A DNA stretch of 64,000 bases, taken from NCBI GenBank assembly GCA_944358385.1, contig CALVQW010000011.1, positions 237-64,236 on the forward strand, in the 5' to 3' direction. Positions within the stretch are counted from its first letter, which is position 1; every line of letters starts with the position of its first letter. Position numbers and translations under genes: made by a program. This DNA comes from an uncultured Clostridia bacterium (GTDB taxonomy: Bacteria; Bacillota; Clostridia; Christensenellales; CAG-917). Of the stretch, positions 1 through 8,648 are shown piece after piece. Under the pieces are notes generated by a model. That model did not search any database, was not told the DNA's origin, and saw only the letters and a list, made by a program, of their open reading frames with translations.

Positions 1-170
1 AAGGAATAGCGCTTTGCGAGGGTGTCACACCCTCGCGCTCCCACACTTTTTATTATAAAAGTGCGCCGAAGATAACGGGCAAAGCCGTGACCTTCGGCGC
101 AATATTATATAAAGTTTGGGGTCGAGGGGCATAATGCCCCTCGCGGGGTCAAGGGGTGGAACCCCTTGGG
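1..170. repeat. Intergenic repeat element, copy A (cut by window edge)
   Basis: nt 9-47 (gcgctttgcgagggtgtcacaccctcgcgctcccacact) are identical to 50859-50897 and similar to 8002-8036. This stretch holds a 9-bp-stem hairpin gcgagggtg/caccctcgc. Further hairpins follow: gcgccgaag...cttcggcgc (63-100), cgaggggca/tgcccctcg (123-143) and caagggg/ccccttg (150-168). Confidence 0.6.
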
Positions 171-208
171 CACTCCCGCCGGAGTGCATGGGTGGTGTCC
201 CTGCGCTA

Positions 209-1045
209 TCAACGTCCCATTGCACCGGAGAGGCGGATGAAGTCGTCGAGGGAGAGGCGTTCGCCGCGGATGTCGACGGGGAAGCCGCACGCCGTGACGC
301 ACTCCGCGGCACTCTGTTTCGGGATGCCGAAGGCGGCGGAGAGGTTGTTGACGAGAGTCTTGCGGCGCATGGCGAAGGCGGCGCGCACGAGCTTGCGCAC
401 GAGTTTTTCGTCCGTGCCGTCCAGCCTGCCGGGGACGCGGTCGAGACGCACCACCGCGCTGTCCACATTGGGTGCGGGGCGGAACATGCGCCTGTCCACC
501 GTGCGCATGACGGCGGCGTCGCCGAACATCTTGACCGCTAGGGTGACGGCGGCGTAATCCGCACTGCCCACCTCGGCGGTGAGCCTGTCCGCCACCTCCT
601 TCTGCACCATGACGGTGAGGGAGGATACGGGCAGCCCGCTCTCCACAAAGCGCATGATGAGAGGAGTGGTGATGTAGTAAGGAAGATTTGCGACCACTCT
701 GAAAGTCCCGCCGCCCACGATGTCCGTGACCTCGGCGTCCTTCATCTTCATGACGTCACGGAACACGACCTCCGCATTCCCTACTCCCTGCAAGGTGAGG
801 TCCAGCACGGGACGCAGCCTCTCATCCACCTCGAAGGAAAAGACCTTTTTCGCGCGCGCGGCGAGACGTGCGGTGAGAGTGCCCGCGCCCGTCCCTATCT
901 CCACCACGGTGTCCTCGGCGGTGACACCCGCATCCGACACGATGGCGTCCAGGAGATTGGAGTCGAAGATGAAATTCTGCCCTAACGCCTTATTGAAGCG
1001 GAAACCCGCGGCATTCAGGATGTCGGCAACGCCTGCCCTTTCCAT
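209..1045 (-). CDS. rsmA: 16S rRNA (adenine-N6,N6)-dimethyltransferase RsmA/KsgA
   Basis: 278-aa ORF. N-terminus ...FRFNKALGQNFIFD and the SAM-binding VVEIGTGAGTLT motif are typical of KsgA. AAGGAG SD about 10 nt upstream. Last gene of the metG-tatD-rSAM-ksgA string. Confidence 0.9.
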   Translation of the reverse strand: MERAGVADILNAAGFRFNKALGQNFIFDSNLLDAIVSDAGVTAEDTVVEIGTGAGTLTARLAARAKKVFSFEVDERLRPVLDLTLQGVGNAEVVFRDVMKMKDAEVTDIVGGGTFRVVANLPYYITTPLIMRFVESGLPVSSLTVMVQKEVADRLTAEVGSADYAAVTLAVKMFGDAAVMRTVDRRMFRPAPNVDSAVVRLDRVPGRLDGTDEKLVRKLVRAAFAMRRKTLVNNLSAAFGIPKQSAAECVTACGFPVDIRGERLSLDDFIRLSGAMGR

Positions 1046-1272
1046 TTATTCCCACTCCTTCCCGCGCATATCGCGGCGCATACGGCACACATTAAAGACG
1101 TACCGATGACAAAAAGTCGAAGTACAAAAGATGAGCGGATCTTTCCGCCACGATAAAAGCAGGAGATCAAACCGCAAAGACAACGTTCTTCATCCGATTT
1201 TTTCTTCTGCTTTCGTCGCACCGACATCGGACGGCACCCGCCGTCCGATCTTCTTTTCCGGGGTGCGGAGCG

Positions 1273-1887
1273 TCAATATTCCTCGTCCGCGGTGATGGCG
1301 GGGCGCACTCTGAACTCCGCCCCCAAGCTCTCCGCAACGCGCCTGCACGCTTCCACTTCCTGCTCGCCTATGAGGTCCACCACGCTGACCACGGTCTCTA
1401 TGCCCTCGTGTACGCAGTCCTCCACGAAGTCGAGCATGGCTTGATAGCCCTCCTCGCCGTACACGCTGTGGCACACTGCCTGATATTTCTCCGCGGTGGA
1501 CGCATTGAGGGAGACGGACACGCTGTCGATGACGGGACGCATGCGCGCCGCGGCATCCGTGATGCCGTTGATGAGGTTCGCCTGCCCGTTGGTGTTGACG
1601 CGAGTCCTGATGCCGCGCTCTTTGAGCCACCCCGCCACTTCGAGGAGAACTCCGAAAGCGCAGGTCGGCTCGCCGAAACCGCAGAACACCGCACTGCGAT
1701 AGCGGGAAAGATCGTACTTGCCGAGTTCGTCCTCCACCTCTGCGGCGGAGGGATCGTATTCCAGCCAAAGTTCGCTGCCACCTACGCCCTCTTTGAAATT
1801 GCGTATGCAGAAGTCGCATGAGTTGGAACACGCGTTGGTGAGGTTGATGTAGATGCTGTCTCCGAATTCGTAAACGCAGTTTTGCAT
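1273..1887 (-). CDS. Small radical SAM protein (TatD-associated type)
   Basis: 204 aa. CX3CX2C cluster motif in NLTNACSNSCDFCIRNF. Its small size and position directly downstream of tatD fit the TatD-associated radical SAM family. Confidence 0.75.
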   Translation of the reverse strand: MQNCVYEFGDSIYINLTNACSNSCDFCIRNFKEGVGGSELWLEYDPSAAEVEDELGKYDLSRYRSAVFCGFGEPTCAFGVLLEVAGWLKERGIRTRVNTNGQANLINGITDAAARMRPVIDSVSVSLNASTAEKYQAVCHSVYGEEGYQAMLDFVEDCVHEGIETVVSVVDLIGEQEVEACRRVAESLGAEFRVRPAITADEEY

Positions 1888-1915
1888 ATCTTGACATTAC
1901 AGCGCGTTTATGCGC

Positions 1916-2689
1916 TCATTTCATCTTCTTGAACAGCCGTTTTGTGTTGGCTGTCGTGAGTTCTTCCACTTCCTCCCGCGAGAGGGAAAGCACCTCCGCC
2001 ACCTTGTCCGCCACCAAAGACACGTAGCGCGGGAAGTTGGTCCTGCCCCTGTACGGCACGGGCGTCATGTACGGGCAATCCGTCTCGACGAGCAGCCTGT
2101 CGCGGGGGACGAGGGAAAGGGACTCCACGTTCTTCTTCGCGTTCTTGAAGGTGATCGCGCCGCCAAACGCGAAGTAGGCGTCAAAGCGGGAAAACTCCTT
2201 CACCATCTCGGGCGAACCGGAATAGCAATGCAGCAATACCCCGTGCGAGAGTTTGCCCTCGTTCTCTTTGAGCAGCGCGAGACAGTCTCCGTAAGCGTCC
2301 CTGACGTGCAGGCACATCGGCAGCCCGCACTCGTCCGCAAGCGCGATCTGCCGCGCGAACGCCTCTCTCTGCACATCGCGGGGGCTGAGGTCGTAGTAGT
2401 AGTCCAAGCCTATCTCGCCTATGGCGACCACCTTGTCCCTTTCGGCGAGGGTGCGGAAGGCGGAGAGAGTCTCCCCGTCCAGCTTGTCCGCATCGTGGGG
2501 GTGTACGCCCAGAGTGCACCACACGCCCGCGTGCGTTTCCGCAAATGCCAGCCCGCCGAGAGAGGACTCCCTGTCATACCCCACCGTGACGAGGGCGCAA
2601 AGCCCGTCCTCGGACATGGAGGAGACTATGGCTTCCCTTTCGGGCAGCAGTCTCTCGTCGGTGAGATGGCAATGGCTGTCTATGAGCAT
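1916..2689 (-). CDS. tatD: TatD-family metal-dependent hydrolase/DNase
   Basis: 257 aa. N-terminal MLIDSHCHL (HxH metal site) and TatD/YabD-like pattern throughout. The ATG (2687-2689) overlaps the metG stop (2689-2691) as ATGA. Confidence 0.9.
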   Translation of the reverse strand: MLIDSHCHLTDERLLPEREAIVSSMSEDGLCALVTVGYDRESSLGGLAFAETHAGVWCTLGVHPHDADKLDGETLSAFRTLAERDKVVAIGEIGLDYYYDLSPRDVQREAFARQIALADECGLPMCLHVRDAYGDCLALLKENEGKLSHGVLLHCYSGSPEMVKEFSRFDAYFAFGGAITFKNAKKNVESLSLVPRDRLLVETDCPYMTPVPYRGRTNFPRYVSLVADKVAEVLSLSREEVEELTTANTKRLFKKMK

Positions 2690-4689
2690 CAGCAGACCTC
2701 GCTGCCCGCAGGCACGCGCTTTTCGGGAGCGACCAACACCACGTCACCCTCTGCGGACACCGCACAAAGCAACATGCCTTGGCTCTCTATGCCGCGGAGT
2801 TTGGCGGGTTTGAGGTTGGCGACCACCACCACTTGCTTGCCCACCATCTCCTCCGGAGTGTAAAACTTTGCGATACCGCTCACGATGGTGCGCTGCTCGC
2901 TGCCGAGATCGACGGTGAATTTGAGCAGTTTGTCCGCCTTCTCCACCTTCTCGGCGGTGAGGATGTGTCCCACCCTCAAAGACACGGACTTGAACTCGGC
3001 AATATCTATCATGGTCACGGTGCCTTCGGGCGCGTCGGGCTTCTTCTCCTCCGCCTTCACGCTCCCCTGCTCTGCGGCTTTTGCCTCCGCCTTTGCGGCT
3101 TCCGCAGCCGCTTTTCTTTCTTCGTACATTTTTTCCGCCTTTTCCACCACTTCCGCGGTGTCGAACCTTTGGAAGAGTATCTCCGGCTTCTCTGCGACCT
3201 TGGTGCCGTCGGGGAGCAAGCCGAATTCTCCGAGCCTGTCAAAGGGACGCAACTCGCTGCCGCACTCCGCGACCGCTTTCGCCGCGGCGTCGGGCATGGC
3301 GCAGGCGAGCATGCTGGAACCTATGACTATGGTCTCGGTGAGGTTGTAAAGCACTGTTGCGAGCCGCTCGCGTTTCGCCTCGTCGCGCGCAAGCACCCAA
3401 GGCGCGGTCTCGTCGATGTACTTGTTCGCCCTGCGGAACACGGACATTATCTCGCCCACGGCGTCCGCTACACGGAACTCGTCCACGAGCTTGGACACCT
3501 TCTTATACGCACCCGTCACGACGGCTTTCAGATCCTCATCCACAGCCTCCGCCGCGTGACCGTCCGACACGATACCGCCGAAATACTTGTTGGACATCGC
3601 CACGGTGCGGTTGACGAGGTTGCCGTAGACATTGGCAAGCTCGCTGTTGACGGTGTCGGACACCAGCTCCCAGCTGATGAGACCGTCATTCTCGTAAGGC
3701 ATGGCGGAGAGAAGATAGTATCTCAACGCATCCACTCCGAACACATCCGCAAGGTCGTCGGCGTAAAGCACGTTGCCCTTGGACTTGGACATCTTGCCCC
3801 CGTCCTGCAACAGCCACGGATGCCCGTAGACGTGTTTGGGGAGAGGCTCGCCGAGTGCCATAAGGAAGATGGGCCAATAGATGGTGTGGAAGCGCACTAT
3901 GTCCTTGCCGATGACATGGACGTCCGCGGGCCAATACTTCTCATAGTCCGCGCCGCTCTTTCCCTTGCTGTGATAGCCAAGCCCGGTGATATAGTTGGTG
4001 AGCGCGTCCAGCCACACATAGACGACGTGTTTGGGATCGCTCTTCACGGGGATGCCCCAGCTGAAGGAGGAACGGGAGACGCAAAGGTCCTGCAAACCGG
4101 GTTTGAGGAAGTTGTTGACCATCTCGTTGCGGCGGGACAGGGGCAGGATGAAGTCGGGATGCTCCTCATAATGCTTCATCAGCCTGTCGGCGTACTTGCT
4201 CATGCGGAAGAAGTATGCCTCCTCCTCCGCCTCGGTGACTTCCCTGCCGCAGTCGGGACACTTGCCGTCCACCAGCTGGCTCTCCGTCCAGAAGGACTCG
4301 CAGGGGGTGCAATAAAGCCCCTTGTAAGAGCCTTTGTAGATGTCGCCCTGCGCGAGCAGACGGTCGAATATCTTTTGCACTTCCTTCTCGTGGTAGTCGT
4401 CCGTGGTGCGGATGAACTTGTCGTAGGAGGAGTTCATGAGATCCCATATCCTCCTGATCTCGCCCGCAACGTCGTCCACGAATTTTTGGGGAGTGACGCC
4501 CGCGGCAGCGGCTTTGAGTTCCACCTTCTCGCCGTGTTCGTCCGTACCCGTCTGCAAGCGCACGTCATAGCCCTGCGCCCGTCTGAACCGCGCGAGGAAA
4601 TCCGCAAGCACGATCTCGTAGGTGTTGCCGATGTGGGGTTTGCCCGACGCATAGGCTATCGCCGTGGTGATGTAATACTTCTCAGACAT
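2689..4689 (-). CDS. metG: Methionine--tRNA ligase with C-terminal tRNA-binding (Trbp111/EMAP-like) domain
   Basis: Class I motifs: ASGKPHIGNTYE (HIGH-type) and an exact KMSKS (KMSKSKGN). C-terminal ...IVSGIAKFYTPEEMVGKQVVVVANLKPAKLRGIESQGMLL. Start trimmed to MSEKYY (ATG 4687-4689), with AGGAGA SD 6 nt upstream. Confidence 0.95.
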   Translation of the reverse strand: MSEKYYITTAIAYASGKPHIGNTYEIVLADFLARFRRAQGYDVRLQTGTDEHGEKVELKAAAAGVTPQKFVDDVAGEIRRIWDLMNSSYDKFIRTTDDYHEKEVQKIFDRLLAQGDIYKGSYKGLYCTPCESFWTESQLVDGKCPDCGREVTEAEEEAYFFRMSKYADRLMKHYEEHPDFILPLSRRNEMVNNFLKPGLQDLCVSRSSFSWGIPVKSDPKHVVYVWLDALTNYITGLGYHSKGKSGADYEKYWPADVHVIGKDIVRFHTIYWPIFLMALGEPLPKHVYGHPWLLQDGGKMSKSKGNVLYADDLADVFGVDALRYYLLSAMPYENDGLISWELVSDTVNSELANVYGNLVNRTVAMSNKYFGGIVSDGHAAEAVDEDLKAVVTGAYKKVSKLVDEFRVADAVGEIMSVFRRANKYIDETAPWVLARDEAKRERLATVLYNLTETIVIGSSMLACAMPDAAAKAVAECGSELRPFDRLGEFGLLPDGTKVAEKPEILFQRFDTAEVVEKAEKMYEERKAAAEAAKAEAKAAEQGSVKAEEKKPDAPEGTVTMIDIAEFKSVSLRVGHILTAEKVEKADKLLKFTVDLGSEQRTIVSGIAKFYTPEEMVGKQVVVVANLKPAKLRGIESQGMLLCAVSAEGDVVLVAPEKRVPAGSEVC

Positions 4690-4724
4690 ATCTTTCTCCT
4701 GTCGGGATCTTCCCGATGCGAACA

Positions 4725-4753
4725 ATTATACAACTTAAATCCCGTTTTGTAAA
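4725..4753 (-). promoter_or_regulatory. Sigma-A-type promoter for metG operon
   Basis: The minus strand reads TTTACA (4748-4753), a 17-nt spacer, then TATAAT (4725-4730), about 35 nt upstream of the metG ATG. Confidence 0.6.
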
Positions 4754-4810
4754 CGGAATTGCGCTCCCGCGCCCGCGCATAGAACGCGACACGGGCAAAT
4801 AAACTGTACC

Positions 4811-5398
4811 ATGAACGTGGCATTCACCGCTCTGACGCTGGTCTCCCTCGTGCTCATGACCGTCACCGCGCCCGCCGACGCACTGCCCGCCATGATAAGG
4901 GGCGTGTCGGATGCGGTGCTTCTCCTTCTGAAACTCACCGCCATCTACGCGGTGTGGATCGCCGTGTTGAAAATGGCGGAGCGTTCGGGCATGAGCCGCG
5001 CCCTCTCCCGCGCCCTGCGCCCCGTCACCCGCCGCCTTTTCAAGGGAGAGAGCGAGAAAAGCTACGACCTCATCTCCGTCAACCTCGCGTCCAATATGCT
5101 GGGGATGGGCGGGGCAGGCACTCCCGCCGCCATAGACGCCATGGCGAGCATGATGCGGGAGGAGGGCAAAGCCACGGACAATATGCTCATGCTCCTGATC
5201 GTCAACGCGACTTCCATACAGATCATCCCCGCCACCGTCATATCCCTGCGCGCCGCGGCGGGCAGCGCAAACGCCGCCTCCATATTCCTGCCCACCCTCA
5301 TCTCCACGGCATGCGCCACCGGGATAGGCATGATCCTCGCCCGCCTCTGCGCATCGGCGGGGAAAGTGGTGCGCAAAAAGAAAAGGGAGAGCAAATGA
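4811..5398 (+). CDS. spmA: Spore maturation protein A (nucleoside-recognition/Gate domain membrane protein)
   Basis: 195 aa. ...AVWIAVLKMAERSGM..., ...NMLGMGGAGTPAAIDAM... and ...NATSIQIIPATVISLR match the B. subtilis SpmA pattern as I recall it. Confidence 0.85.
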   Translation: MNVAFTALTLVSLVLMTVTAPADALPAMIRGVSDAVLLLLKLTAIYAVWIAVLKMAERSGMSRALSRALRPVTRRLFKGESEKSYDLISVNLASNMLGMGGAGTPAAIDAMASMMREEGKATDNMLMLLIVNATSIQIIPATVISLRAAAGSANAASIFLPTLISTACATGIGMILARLCASAGKVVRKKKRESK

Positions 5399-5901
5399 CT
5401 CTCTACCTGCTCCCCGTCATACTCCTCGGCACGATGGTGTGCGCGCTGATCAAGCGCGTCAATGTCTACGACTGTTTCCTGGACGGCGCGCGGGACAGCC
5501 TTTCCCTCGCAAAGAGCATCTTCCCCTATCTCGCGGTCATCTTCGTGTGCATAGAGCTGTTCCGCGCAAGCGGGCTTTCCGCCTTGGCAACGGAGTGGCT
5601 CTCCCGCCCTCTCGGCTACCTCGGCATCCCCTCCGAGATCACGGAACTAGTCATCCTCGTCCCCCTCTCCGGCAACGGCGCGATAGCCGCATTGGAGGAC
5701 ATCATCTCGACATACGGCGCGGACTCCTACGTCGCCCGCTGCGCCGCGACGGTGGCGGGAGCGTCCGAGACGGTGTTCTACGTCTCCGCCGTCTACTTCT
5801 CGAAGTGCAAGGTGAAACGCCTGCGCTACGCCATCCCCGTCTCCCTCTTTGCATCCTTCTGCGGGATGGTGATAGCCTGCGCTCTGTGCCGCGTGATGTG
5901 A
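5395..5901 (+). CDS. spmB: Spore maturation protein B
   Basis: Start at MTLYLLPVILLG (ATG 5395-5397), overlapping the spmA stop as ATGA. Membrane protein with SGNGAIAALEDII and ETVFYVSAVYF segments typical of SpmB. The long upstream part of track ORF 4954..5901 is R/G/P-rich out-of-context sequence. Confidence 0.85.
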   Translation: MTLYLLPVILLGTMVCALIKRVNVYDCFLDGARDSLSLAKSIFPYLAVIFVCIELFRASGLSALATEWLSRPLGYLGIPSEITELVILVPLSGNGAIAALEDIISTYGADSYVARCAATVAGASETVFYVSAVYFSKCKVKRLRYAIPVSLFASFCGMVIACALCRVM

Positions 5902-5902
5902 C

Positions 5903-7078
5903 CTAGACCTCGCTCTCCGCAGCCCTGTTCTTCCTCGCGACGCGGAAGGTGAGTTGCGTCATAACGAGCATTAAAACCACAAAAACGAACAGATAAACAG
6001 GCAATATTGCGAAATCCGTCCTGTTTGCAATGAGTCCGAAAAGGGGCGGCACGAAGGTGGAACCCACATACGCGCTCGCCATTTGTATGCCTATGATCGC
6101 GCCCGAATTCTCCGTCCCGAAATTGGCGGGCGTGGAGTGTATGATGGCGGGATAGACTGGCGCGCAGCCCAAGCCTATGATGACGAATCCCGCAAGCGCG
6201 AGCGCGGGGACGTCCGCGGGGATGACGAGAAGGATGATCCCCGCCGTCAGCACACACGCGCCTATCACGATCATTCTCCTGTCCCCTATCCTGCCCGAGA
6301 CGAATCCGCTCAGGAACCTGCCCGCCGTGATGCCGATGTAGAACAGCGATGCAAACTGCGCCGCCTGTTCCTCCGAGATGTGCTTGACTTCCACGAAATA
6401 GGTGCTTGCCCACTGCATCGCCGTCGCTTCCGCCGCGCAATAGGCGAAGAACCCGATGAGGATGAGCGGCACTCCCTTTATCTTCAACGCGCCGAGAAGC
6501 CCTATGCTCTTCTGCTCCGTCACTTCCACATTTTTGTGTATGCGCCACACAGGCAGCGTGACGAGCAACAGCGCGGCTATGCCCAGCTGTATGTAGCCCA
6601 CGATGCGGTAGCCGTCATTCCACGTGGATGACGTCAGCGCGTAGCTCATTATGAAGGGACTGACGATGGTGCCCACTCCCCAGAAACAATGCAACCAATT
6701 CATATGACGCGCGGAATAATGCAGGGCTATGTAGTTGTTGAGAGCGGCGTCTATCGCGCCCGCACCCAACCCGTACGGCACGGCAAAGAGGATGAGCATC
6801 CAAAAGCGGTCGGAGAAGGAAAACCCGAAAAGCGCGCCCGCAGTCAGGAACACGCTGACCACCGTCACCACCCTCGCGCCGAACTTCCTCGTCAGCCTGT
6901 CCGACATCAGGCTGGACACGATGGTCCCGCCCGAAATGACCATGGTCACAATGCCCATATAGGACACGGGTACGCCGAGTTCACCGTGCATGACGGGCCA
7001 GCCCGCCCCCAAGAGGGAATCCGGCAGCCCGAGACTGATGAACGCAAGATAGATGAGCGCGAGCAAAAGAGAATACAT
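5903..7078 (-). CDS. MFS transporter
   Basis: Hydrophobic multi-TM protein with an MFS loop-2/3-like motif (SDRLTRKFGAR) and a second half with GRFLSGFVSGRIGDRR. Start trimmed to MYSLLLALIYL (ATG 7076-7078). The 58-codon upstream extension in the track is non-membrane and overlaps the predicted promoter. Confidence 0.8.
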   Translation of the reverse strand: MYSLLLALIYLAFISLGLPDSLLGAGWPVMHGELGVPVSYMGIVTMVISGGTIVSSLMSDRLTRKFGARVVTVVSVFLTAGALFGFSFSDRFWMLILFAVPYGLGAGAIDAALNNYIALHYSARHMNWLHCFWGVGTIVSPFIMSYALTSSTWNDGYRIVGYIQLGIAALLLVTLPVWRIHKNVEVTEQKSIGLLGALKIKGVPLILIGFFAYCAAEATAMQWASTYFVEVKHISEEQAAQFASLFYIGITAGRFLSGFVSGRIGDRRMIVIGACVLTAGIILLVIPADVPALALAGFVIIGLGCAPVYPAIIHSTPANFGTENSGAIIGIQMASAYVGSTFVPPLFGLIANRTDFAILPVYLFVFVVLMLVMTQLTFRVARKNRAAESEV

Positions 7079-7126
7079 AGCCTGTCCCGAACACACGCCC
7101 GCGCCCTCCGCGCGGAAACCACAGAG

Positions 7127-7155
7127 ATTATATCCCCGCCCCGCCCTGAACGCAA
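7127..7155 (-). promoter_or_regulatory. Sigma-A-type promoter for MFS transporter
   Basis: The minus strand reads TTGCGT (7150-7155), a 17-nt spacer, then TATAAT (7127-7132), about 50 nt upstream of the ATG at 7078. Confidence 0.55.
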
Positions 7156-7159
7156 CAAA

Positions 7160-7560
7160 ATCGAACTCAAAAGAATATAAAACGGGCTGACGTCCTCTGA
7201 CAGGGGAGTTATTGTCCCCCTCCTCCCCTACGGGACTCCTGTTATGATTCAAGCAACACTCCGAATAAGCTACACATCATTCTCGTAGTGCGCAAACTGG
7301 CCGTACGTCTCGCGGGGGAGTTAGAAACCCCCTCCTTCCCTTCGGACTTTCCTCCCCCGTGGCGTCGCAGCACGCACTCGGCTTGCGCGGCGGCGTTACC
7401 TTCGCCGCTTATCTATCGCACGGCTGCTCCTTTTCCCCTTCCGAATATTCATTCGGCGGGGACCCCGTGAGAGTCCACTACTCGCATCTTGCGGGACTGG
7501 CTGTACATCTCTACAAAAGTTTATTTCTCGCACTCACATAACTAAGCGGATGACTGCACT
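7160..7560. other. Unassigned hairpin-rich, GGAGG-rich non-coding segment (possible ncRNA or regulatory RNA)
   Basis: No credible ORF. Minus-strand reading has hairpins CCGAAU-GAAU-AUUCGG (7441-7456), GGGGG-N9-CCCCC (~7314-7332) and GGGGA-caataac-UCCCC (7203-7219). It has two copies of a CACGGGG...CCGAA submotif and three GGAGG runs. It lies upstream of the MFS promoter, so it is probably not that gene's 5' UTR. Confidence 0.3.
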
Positions 7561-7589
7561 CACTGAATACCCGGCACGGGAGGAGGAAT

Positions 7590-7772
7590 GACGCGATCGG
7601 CGCAGAGCGCAACGATCGCTATACCTTTCGGTGCGGCACGACGCGATTGGCGCAATGCGCAGCAATCGCTGGACCTTCGGTTCGCGCACGAGTGCTACCA
7701 CTACTTAGGTATACGTCTGCCCGACGCGATCGGCGCGGAGCGCAGCGATCGCTGGACCTCACGGTTCGGCAC
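7590..7772. repeat. Three ~50-bp direct repeats, each with a GCGATCG-cored palindrome
   Basis: Units at 7590-7639, 7640-7689 (in tandem) and 7723-7772 (after a 33-bp spacer). Consensus: gacgcgatcggcgcRgagcgcaRcgatcgctggaccttcggttcggcac. Each unit can fold as gcgatcggcgc...gcgc.cgatcgc. Confidence 0.7.
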
Positions 7773-7983
7773 TCAGATAGTCGCCGCCCTGCGGCTCCGA
7801 TTCCGTCTCCGAAAAAGAGACGTCGTGTTCAAGCACGCACGCTCAATGTGTGCGTTAATTTTCCCCGAATGAGTGGGCATCGTACTCAAAAACACTTCGA
7901 ATAAGTGTACGTTACAAGTGTACCCCGCCCACCCACCCCATAAGTGAAAACCTCTGCACAGGCAGGAATTGATTCTATATCTT

Positions 7984-8189
7984 TTTTTGTCAAGGAATTA
8001 TGCCTTGCGAGGATGATACACCCTCGCGCTCCCGCTTTACTACTGCGTTTCTTCTGTCCTTTTTTGTCAAGGAAATGCGCCGAAAATTTTTGCTTGCAAC
8101 GCAGGCTAAAATTTTCGCGCCCTTGACAACGACCTTCCGTTAAAATCAAAACACGCGCAGAGCGGTTCCCCGCCCCGCGCCTTAATTAC
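7984..8189. repeat. Intergenic repeat element, copy B
   Basis: Shares three modules with copy C: the core hairpin (8002-8036); inverted-repeat arms ttgtcaagg-N4-gcgccgaaaatttt (8063-8093) / aaaattttcgcgcccttgacaa (8106-8129); and the tail cgcccttgacaacgac-N-gttaaaat.aaacac...gccttaattac ending at 8189. Confidence 0.65.
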
Positions 8190-8521
8190 TTCACTCCCCG
8201 CCGAACACTGTTCGGCGGACTATTTTCCCCGCCGACACCTCGGCGGGATCCCGCTTTCACGCACCGTTCGTTCGCTGAGCGCGATATTTGGATGCAGAAC
8301 GCGAAAGCACCCCTGCTATCGGGGGCCCCACAAAGCGGCGCAACAGGCGAACACGCTTTGTGGGGAAAAGGAGCAACCGCGCGCAAGCCAAAGGAAAGCC
8401 GCTCTTTCGAGCGGCTTTCTTGCAGTTTAGCGCGGATTGCGACGTAGGCGCGTACTTGGTCGTACGTAACGAGCCGAAAAAGGGGTGCTGACAAAGTTGT
8501 GCGCCAAATGACGCCGTTCAG

Positions 8522-8648
8522 CCCTGAGGGCAATATTCGGATGAAGAACAAGGAAAAGCCCCCGTCGGGAGGCGGAGCGTACACAGACGTACGTGAGCAT
8601 CCACGACGGGGGCTTTGACGATGTTATTCGCCGAATAGTGCCCTCAGG
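8522..8648 (-). terminator. Long nested hairpin / terminator-like structure directly after the XRE-cupin gene stop
   Basis: Outer arms ccctgagggca.tattcgg (8522-8540) / ccgaata.tgccctcagg (8631-8648). Inner 11-bp stem agcccccgtcg (8557-8567) / cgacgggggct (8604-8614). On the minus strand this is followed by uuuuccuuguucuu. The inner loop is unusually long (36 nt). Confidence 0.4.

Noticed and set aside
2779-4752. 657-aa plus-strand ORF opposite metG
   Set aside because: Antisense shadow of a gene with unmistakable MetRS motifs (KMSKS and others). Its composition is low-complexity and R/L/G/H-rich.
4690-4810. Expected T-box leader upstream of metG
   Set aside because: Only about 120 bp separate metG from the divergent spmA, and the promoter occupies much of it. 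There is no specifier hairpin or T-box sequence (AAUUGGGUGGUACCGCG-like).
7186-7210. Plus-strand gggctgacgtcctctgacagggg resembling a tmRNA 5' end (GGGGCUGAUUCUGGAUUCGACGGG)
   Set aside because: There is no tRNA-like 3' end (T-arm GGUUCGAAUCC...CCA) within 300-450 nt. No tag-peptide reading frame ending in AA-stop was seen.
7340-7357. GGGAGGAAAGUCCG on the minus strand resembling the RNase P RNA P4 motif, with AGAAUGAU...GCUUAUUCGG about 100 nt downstream resembling the 3' P4/P1 region
   Set aside because: The two motifs are only ~100 nt apart, whereas ~290 nt would be needed for the specificity domain. The P4 pairing works for only about 4 bp. A full-length RNA placed on the motif would run into the MFS gene. 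This is probably a chance resemblance, and cmscan should confirm it.
7590-7772. Possible CRISPR array
   Set aside because: Two of the three repeats are directly adjacent with no spacer. Units are 50 bp and diverged, and no cas genes are in the window.
7288-8584. Short ORFs in the 7.2-8.6 kb gene desert (7288..7470, 7359..7541, 7588..7872, 7647..7904, 7886..8149, 7944..8126, 8186..8584, 8288..8491)
   Set aside because: All run through repeats and hairpins. They have no proper SD spacing (the GGAGGA before 7588 is only 1 nt from the ATG). They overlap one another and give low-complexity R/A/S-rich peptides.
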